Of a stretch of DNA of 45,623 bases, positions 41,390 through 45,623 are shown piece after piece. Positions within the stretch are counted from its first letter, which is position 1, and each line of letters opens with the position of its first letter. The notes under the pieces were generated by a model. That model did not search any database, was not told where the DNA came from, and saw only the letters and a program-made list of their open reading frames with translations. Source of the stretch: Dehalococcoidia bacterium (GTDB taxonomy: Bacteria; Chloroflexota; Dehalococcoidia; E44-bin15); NCBI GenBank assembly GCA_014859165.1, contig JACUUT010000001.1, positions 1 through 45,623 of the forward strand, written 5' to 3'. Position numbers and translations under genes: made by a program.

Positions 41390-42121
41390 CTAGAGAAGCT
41401 TCTCACCTAGCTTCTCCGCCATCATCTGCGCATTCCTAACCGCATACCCCTCGGCATCGTTATTGAAGTAGATATAGACTGTGTCCAGGTTCCTCGCTAG
41501 CTCCGCTATCTTCCTCGCCCAGTCTTCAAGCTCCTCATCGGTGTAGCAGCTAAAGTAGAGACCGCTTGAGCCGTGAAAGCGGATGTAGGAAAAATCCGCC
41601 GTTGCCTCAAGCGGGCAGGGGAGACCTGGCATATCGAAAACGCAGAAGCCCACATTGTGCTTGCGTAATATCTCAAAAACACCCTCATCAAGCCAGGACT
41701 CATGGCGGAATTCGATGACATGGCGAAGCCCACCGGGGAGTAGCGAGAGAAAGCTGTCAAGCCTCTCATCGTTGCGGTGCATATTCGGTGGGAGCTGATA
41801 GAGAAGGGGGCCCAGCTTCTGATTGAGATGTCGCGCCAGCGACAGGAAGGTCGCCACCGGCTCTTCGACATCCTTGAGCCGTTTGATGTGGGTTATGAAC
41901 CGGCTCACCTTGACAGCGTAAAGGAAGCCATCGGGGGAGGTATCACGCCAGTTTGAAAAAGCCTTCTCCGATGGAAGGCGATAGAAGCTGTTATTGAGCT
42001 CCACCGTAGGGAAATGCCCGGTGTAAAACTCCAGCCACTTTGACTGCGCCAGCTTCGGGGGATAAAAGACATCCCGCCAGTGGGGGTAGACCCAGCCACT
42101 GGTGCCGATATAATACTTCAT
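41390..42121 (-). CDS. DUF72 (UPF0759) family protein
   Basis: MKYYIGTSGWVYPHWRDVFYP....S.WLEFYTGHFPTVELNNSFYRLP. Confidence 0.9.
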   Translation of the reverse strand: MKYYIGTSGWVYPHWRDVFYPPKLAQSKWLEFYTGHFPTVELNNSFYRLPSEKAFSNWRDTSPDGFLYAVKVSRFITHIKRLKDVEEPVATFLSLARHLNQKLGPLLYQLPPNMHRNDERLDSFLSLLPGGLRHVIEFRHESWLDEGVFEILRKHNVGFCVFDMPGLPCPLEATADFSYIRFHGSSGLYFSCYTDEELEDWARKIAELARNLDTVYIYFNNDAEGYAVRNAQMMAEKLGEKLL

Positions 42122-42142
42122 CCTCCACCCCCATCACTTGTT

Positions 42143-42535
42143 TCAGGCTACCCGCTTCCCCCTAGCGCCAAGGTTATAGATCTCCTCCACCTTCACCTTA
42201 ACCGCCGCCTTAGGCGGACCGGGCGTCTTAAGCATCTCCGCCAGCTTCTTAGCGCCCTCGTAGAGCTCTCCTTTGGTAACAAGCTCCGCCTTGCCCACAA
42301 AGCGGTAGCCCTGCATCTTGCTCGCATCGACCACAGCGATGGCCACCCTGGGATTCTTCTGCAGATTCTCCCAGGTGCGCCCCCCGGTCAATTCGTAGAA
42401 CACAATATGCTCATCGTCCAGCACATGGGTGCTCCGCTTGGGCCCGATATTGGGCACCCCATCAGGGCTAGCGGTGGCGATAAACGGCTGCTGGCTAGCC
42501 ACTAGAGCCTTCATCTCCTCGGTTAACTTCGCCAT
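42143..42535 (-). CDS. pyridoxamine 5'-phosphate oxidase-family FMN-binding split-barrel protein
   Basis: MAKLTEEMKALVASQQPFIATASPDGVPNIGPKRS...VFYELTGGRTWENLQKNPRVAIAVVD. GGAGGGG SD before the ATG at 42535; the track start is 42613. Confidence 0.8.
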   Translation of the reverse strand: MAKLTEEMKALVASQQPFIATASPDGVPNIGPKRSTHVLDDEHIVFYELTGGRTWENLQKNPRVAIAVVDASKMQGYRFVGKAELVTKGELYEGAKKLAEMLKTPGPPKAAVKVKVEEIYNLGARGKRVA

Positions 42536-42572
42536 TTTGCCCCTCCTTTCCTCGACTGTTATAATCAACCCG

Positions 42573-42601
42573 ATTCTATTCCCTCCACGGCTTGCTGTCA
42601 A
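42573..42601 (-). promoter_or_regulatory. promoter TTGACA-N17-TAGAAT
   Basis: On the minus strand, TTGACA is at 42601..42596 and TAGAAT at 42578..42573. Confidence 0.55.
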
Positions 42602-42632
42602 CCTTGATGCCACAGTGCATTTGTGTTAGATT

Positions 42633-43298
42633 TTGACAGCAGTAAGTGATAGGTCAATCGTGAAGCTGGAGAAAGACCGAGAAAAGCTAATTGAGCATAT
42701 TCGTCGCGAGATCAGCGATGAGCGGGTGCTTAATGCTATGGCGCGTGTGCGCCGGGAGCTTTTCATACCCAGCACTAGTCGCCACCTTGCCTATGAGGAT
42801 CGCCCCTTGCCGATTGGGGAAGGGCAAACGATCTCACAGCCCTTCATCGTTGCCCTGATGACTCAGGCTCTGGAGCTTGTAGGCACGGAGAAGGTTCTGG
42901 AGTTAGGCACGGGGAGTGGCTATCAGGCGGCGATCCTCGCCGAGCTGGCACGAGAGGTGATCACCTTGGAGCGACTTCAAAAGCTTGCCAACAAGGCGAG
43001 ACGCACCCTTAAGAAGCTGGCCTACACCAATGTTCAAGTTCATCTTGCTTCAAGAACCCTGGGCTGGCGAGCCGAGGCACCCTATGACGCTATCATGGTA
43101 ACGGCCGCAGCACCAAGGGTCCCCAAAGAGCTTATCGACCAGCTTGTCATAGGTGGTCGTTTGGTGATCCCCGTTGGCTCCCGCTGGGAGCAGGATCTCT
43201 TGCAGGTGATCAAGCAGAAGGAAGGATACACCGCTAAGAATTTGACCCCTTGCCGCTTCGTCCCCCTCATCGGTGAGGAGGCCTGGAGCGAGGAGTAG
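42633..43298 (+). CDS. pcm: protein-L-isoaspartate O-methyltransferase
   Basis: VLNAMARVRRELFIP...GEGQTISQPFIVALMTQALEL...VLELGTGSGYQAAILAEL...RLVIPVG. The start may instead be GTG 42660. Confidence 0.9.
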   Translation: MTAVSDRSIVKLEKDREKLIEHIRREISDERVLNAMARVRRELFIPSTSRHLAYEDRPLPIGEGQTISQPFIVALMTQALELVGTEKVLELGTGSGYQAAILAELAREVITLERLQKLANKARRTLKKLAYTNVQVHLASRTLGWRAEAPYDAIMVTAAAPRVPKELIDQLVIGGRLVIPVGSRWEQDLLQVIKQKEGYTAKNLTPCRFVPLIGEEAWSEE

Positions 43299-43318
43299 GA
43301 ATCCGTCCATCGACCCCT

Positions 43319-43861
43319 CTAATCAGACTTTTTCCCCTTGAGCCTATCGATGAGCCTGGAGGCCTCCTGCTTGGTGAGCTCGGCGTGAAGCTTGCCGTAG
43401 GCTTTCTTGGCATGCTCGTTCATCTGCTCCTCACTAAGGCCGTGCTCCTCCTGGGCGATAGTATAGATGGCCTTGACCTGCGCCGCGGTAGCCGGGGAAC
43501 GCTTCACCGGGGCATCCACAGGCTTATCGTGGAAATCGAAGTCGTCACAGAATTGCGTGCCATAGCCCAGCGCAGCGCAAGCCCGGCCCAGCGCCTTTGT
43601 CTCCGCTTTCTCTATGTAATCGCCAAAGTCGCTCACTGTCTCGCTACCCCATCCTGTAGCCTCCCCTCCATCGGGGAGGGTGATCTTCGCCTTAAAGAGG
43701 GCCATGCCCCCCTCGTGCTTCTCAAGCTCAGTGATAATCACCGCATCGGGATGCTCGGTGCGCAGCCACAAAATCCGCCACTTCACCTCAAGATAATCCT
43801 TCCCATCCAGCTTCATCAGATACCTGCTTGCCCTAAAGCCCTTATCATTCTTCTCCACCAT
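43319..43861 (-). CDS. Rad52/Sak-like single-strand-annealing-type protein (tentative) with C-terminal helical domain
   Basis: YLEVKWRILWLRTEHPDAVIITE...ALFKAKITLPDGGEATGWGSETVSDFGDYIEKAETKALGRACAALGYGTQF resembles the beta-beta-beta-alpha core and the 'A.T.A.KRA...G.G' helix of Rad52-family SSAPs. AGGGAGG SD. Confidence 0.45.
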   Translation of the reverse strand: MVEKNDKGFRASRYLMKLDGKDYLEVKWRILWLRTEHPDAVIITELEKHEGGMALFKAKITLPDGGEATGWGSETVSDFGDYIEKAETKALGRACAALGYGTQFCDDFDFHDKPVDAPVKRSPATAAQVKAIYTIAQEEHGLSEEQMNEHAKKAYGKLHAELTKQEASRLIDRLKGKKSD

Positions 43862-43890
43862 TTTGCCTCCCTTGATGGAACATATGTTCT

Positions 43891-43919
43891 ATTATAGAGC
43901 AGTCTTCTAGATTTGTCAA
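43891..43919 (-). promoter_or_regulatory. perfect consensus promoter TTGACA-N17-TATAAT
   Basis: On the minus strand, TTGACA is at 43919..43914 and TATAAT at 43896..43891, about 30 nt upstream of the 43861 ATG. Confidence 0.7.
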
Positions 43920-43990
43920 TAGTTTTTGAGCCGAGCTTTTAGAACAAAAACTTGCCCCGGTTGGGAAAAGAGTGCTATACTAACGAAGAG

Positions 43991-45457
43991 ATGGACTACG
44001 AAACGATCATCGGCCTAGAGGTTCATGCTCAGCTACTGACAAAGAGCAAGATGTTCTGCCGCTGTAGCGCCGACTATGCCAATGCAGCGCCCAATACATA
44101 CGTATGCCCGGTTTGCCTGGGCATGCCTGGCGTCCTCCCCCTCATAAACCAGCAGGCCGTGGAGTATACAGTGATGACAGCCCTGGCCCTAAACTGCACT
44201 ATCCCCGAATATTCCAAGTTCGACCGAAAGAACTATCCCTATCCCGACCTTATGAAAGGCTATCAAATCTCTCAATACGATGCCCCTCTCGGTATCGGTG
44301 GATGCATAGACATCGATATCGATGGACGAAAGAAGAGGATCGGGATCATTCGGGTCCATCTTGAGGAGGATACGGCAAAGCTAATTCATCATACCACCCT
44401 CGAGGGGGAATCCTATAGCCTGGTGGATGTCAATCGCGCCGGGGTCCCTCTTATGGAGGTCGTGAGTGAGCCCGACATGCGCTCCCCTGAGGAGGCGAGG
44501 CAGTACCTGATGAAGCTGCGCACCATCCTCCAGTTCCTCGGCGTCTCCAGCGGCAATATGGAGGAGGGGAGCTTCAGGTGCGACGCCAATATCAGCACTC
44601 GCCCCTCAGGCAGCACCGATTCGGTGAAGGTCGAGGTTAAGAACATGAATAGCTTCAAGGCTGTCTATCGCGCTCTGGAATATGAGGAGGAACGGCAGCG
44701 GAGAGCGATGGGAAAAGGGGAGCGCCTCATCCAGGAGACAAGGGGCTGGGTTGAGGAGAGAGGGGTCACGGTATCGCAGCGGAGTAAGGAATATGCCCAT
44801 GACTATCGATATTTCTCTGAGCCCGATCTTCCACCATTGGTGTTCAGTCGCCTCTGGGTGGAGGAACTCAGATTGCGCCTGCCCGAGCTTCCCGAGGAGA
44901 GGCGGGATAAATTCATAAGCCAGTATGGCCTGTCCCGCTACGATGCCAGCTTGCTAACCGCCTCTAAAACGATGGCAGATTATTTCGAAGCCTGTGTGAG
45001 ACTGAGCGCAAAGGCCCAGGTCGAAAAAGTCGAAAAAGGGGCCAAGGCAGTGAGCAACTGGCTTCTGGGCGATTTCACCAGGCTTCTCCATGCCACGGAC
45101 ACCGAGATCGAAGATTCCAGGGTTACCCCGGAGCATCTCGTGGGGATGCTGGAGCTGATTGACTGTGGCACGCTTAGCGGTGCCGCAGCTAAGGCGGTTT
45201 TTGAGGAGATGTTCAATGGGGGCAGGCATGCTAAGGATATCATCACTGAGAGAGGGCTTACCCAGATCAGCGATGCCCGGGAGATAGAGGGTATCGTGGC
45301 TCAGGTAATCGCTACCAATACTCAGGCGGTGGCCGATTTCAAGAAGGGGAAGGAGCAGGCGCTAACCTTCCTTGTGGGGCAGGTGATGAGAGTGACCAAG
45401 GGGCGGGCCAATCCCTCTCTGGTAAATAAACTCTTGAAGGAAAAGCTGGAAAACTAA
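43991..45457 (+). CDS. gatB: Asp-tRNA(Asn)/Glu-tRNA(Gln) amidotransferase subunit B
   Basis: [24 protein letters not shown].......[16 protein letters not shown]. The C-terminal YqeY-like tail reads [23 protein letters not shown]. The track start (TTG 43952) is less likely. Confidence 0.95.
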   Translation: MDYETIIGLEVHAQLLTKSKMFCRCSADYANAAPNTYVCPVCLGMPGVLPLINQQAVEYTVMTALALNCTIPEYSKFDRKNYPYPDLMKGYQISQYDAPLGIGGCIDIDIDGRKKRIGIIRVHLEEDTAKLIHHTTLEGESYSLVDVNRAGVPLMEVVSEPDMRSPEEARQYLMKLRTILQFLGVSSGNMEEGSFRCDANISTRPSGSTDSVKVEVKNMNSFKAVYRALEYEEERQRRAMGKGERLIQETRGWVEERGVTVSQRSKEYAHDYRYFSEPDLPPLVFSRLWVEELRLRLPELPEERRDKFISQYGLSRYDASLLTASKTMADYFEACVRLSAKAQVEKVEKGAKAVSNWLLGDFTRLLHATDTEIEDSRVTPEHLVGMLELIDCGTLSGAAAKAVFEEMFNGGRHAKDIITERGLTQISDAREIEGIVAQVIATNTQAVADFKKGKEQALTFLVGQVMRVTKGRANPSLVNKLLKEKLEN

Positions 45458-45459
45458 TC

Positions 45460-45623
45460 ATGCAGACCTATCTCAATATCGCTCAGATTATAGTAGCCAT
45501 TGTATTGATTGCTGCTGTCCTGTTTCAGGTGAGGGGAGGGGGTTTGGGGGGCATCTTCGGCACGCAGACGGGCATGTACCGCACCAAACGGGGTATAGAA
45601 AAGACCTTGTTTCGATTCACCAT
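45460..45623 (+). CDS. secG: preprotein translocase subunit SecG (3' partial, runs off the window)
   Basis: MQTYLNIAQIIVAIVLIAAVLFQVRGGGLGGIFGTQTGMYRTKRGIEKTLFRFT is the canonical SecG pattern. It is not in the track because it is truncated. Confidence 0.8.
   Translation, partial: MQTYLNIAQIIVAIVLIAAVLFQVRGGGLGGIFGTQTGMYRTKRGIEKTLFRFT

Noticed and set aside
39778-41390. Integrated prophage, ICE or IS element as the origin of the AT-rich islet
   Set aside because: There is no integrase, transposase or tRNA, and I could not identify terminal direct or inverted repeats by eye. I kept it as a compositional islet only.

Overview
45.6-kb bacterial chromosomal fragment. It has sigma70-type TTGACA/TATAAT promoters and SD-led genes, and sampled lines give about 52-62% G+C. 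It probably comes from an uncultivated anaerobe. The taxon cannot be fixed from sequence alone; a Chloroflexota-like origin is only a low-confidence guess. I recognised no rRNA, tRNA, CRISPR array, transposase or integrase.

Core content:
- A four-gene benzoyl-CoA-reductase / 2-hydroxyacyl-CoA-dehydratase-family cluster with two different ATPase subunits (4.8-8.8 kb).
- A long minus-strand operon: cobO, acyl-CoA mutase large subunit, class V FBP aldolase/phosphatase, rdgB, moaA, RNase HI-MoaC fusion (14.7 to 8.8 kb).
- A plus-strand operon: pduO-type adenosyltransferase, acyl-CoA dehydrogenase, hisH, hisA, methyltransferase, hisF, hisI.
- rplU-rpmA-(secreted caspase-like protease)-rpmE.
- A TIGR03960-like B12/radical SAM gene and a four-repeat surface protein.
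- gyrA-marC-hydrolase, a GT2-methyltransferase fusion, nifU-like and ribD.
- An OYE/FAD reductase + two crotonases + DUF35/thiolase block.
- DUF72, pcm, gatB and secG.

Accessory or unusual content:
- An islet at 0.8-3.4 kb with vapBC, two unannotated small ORFs that have consensus promoters, and about 1 kb of stacked palindromic repeats.
- An AT-rich islet at about 39.8-41.4 kb. It carries a Panacea/DUF4065-type antitoxin gene coupled to an unassigned 135-aa partner (my best candidate for a new toxin-antitoxin/defence pair), plus an orphan antitoxin-like ORF fused onto a truncated HNH motif.
- A solitary Rad52-like gene with a perfect promoter.
- Recoding or start-codon oddities: moaA has no start codon and sits in frame behind the rdgB TGA, and rplU appears to start at ATT.
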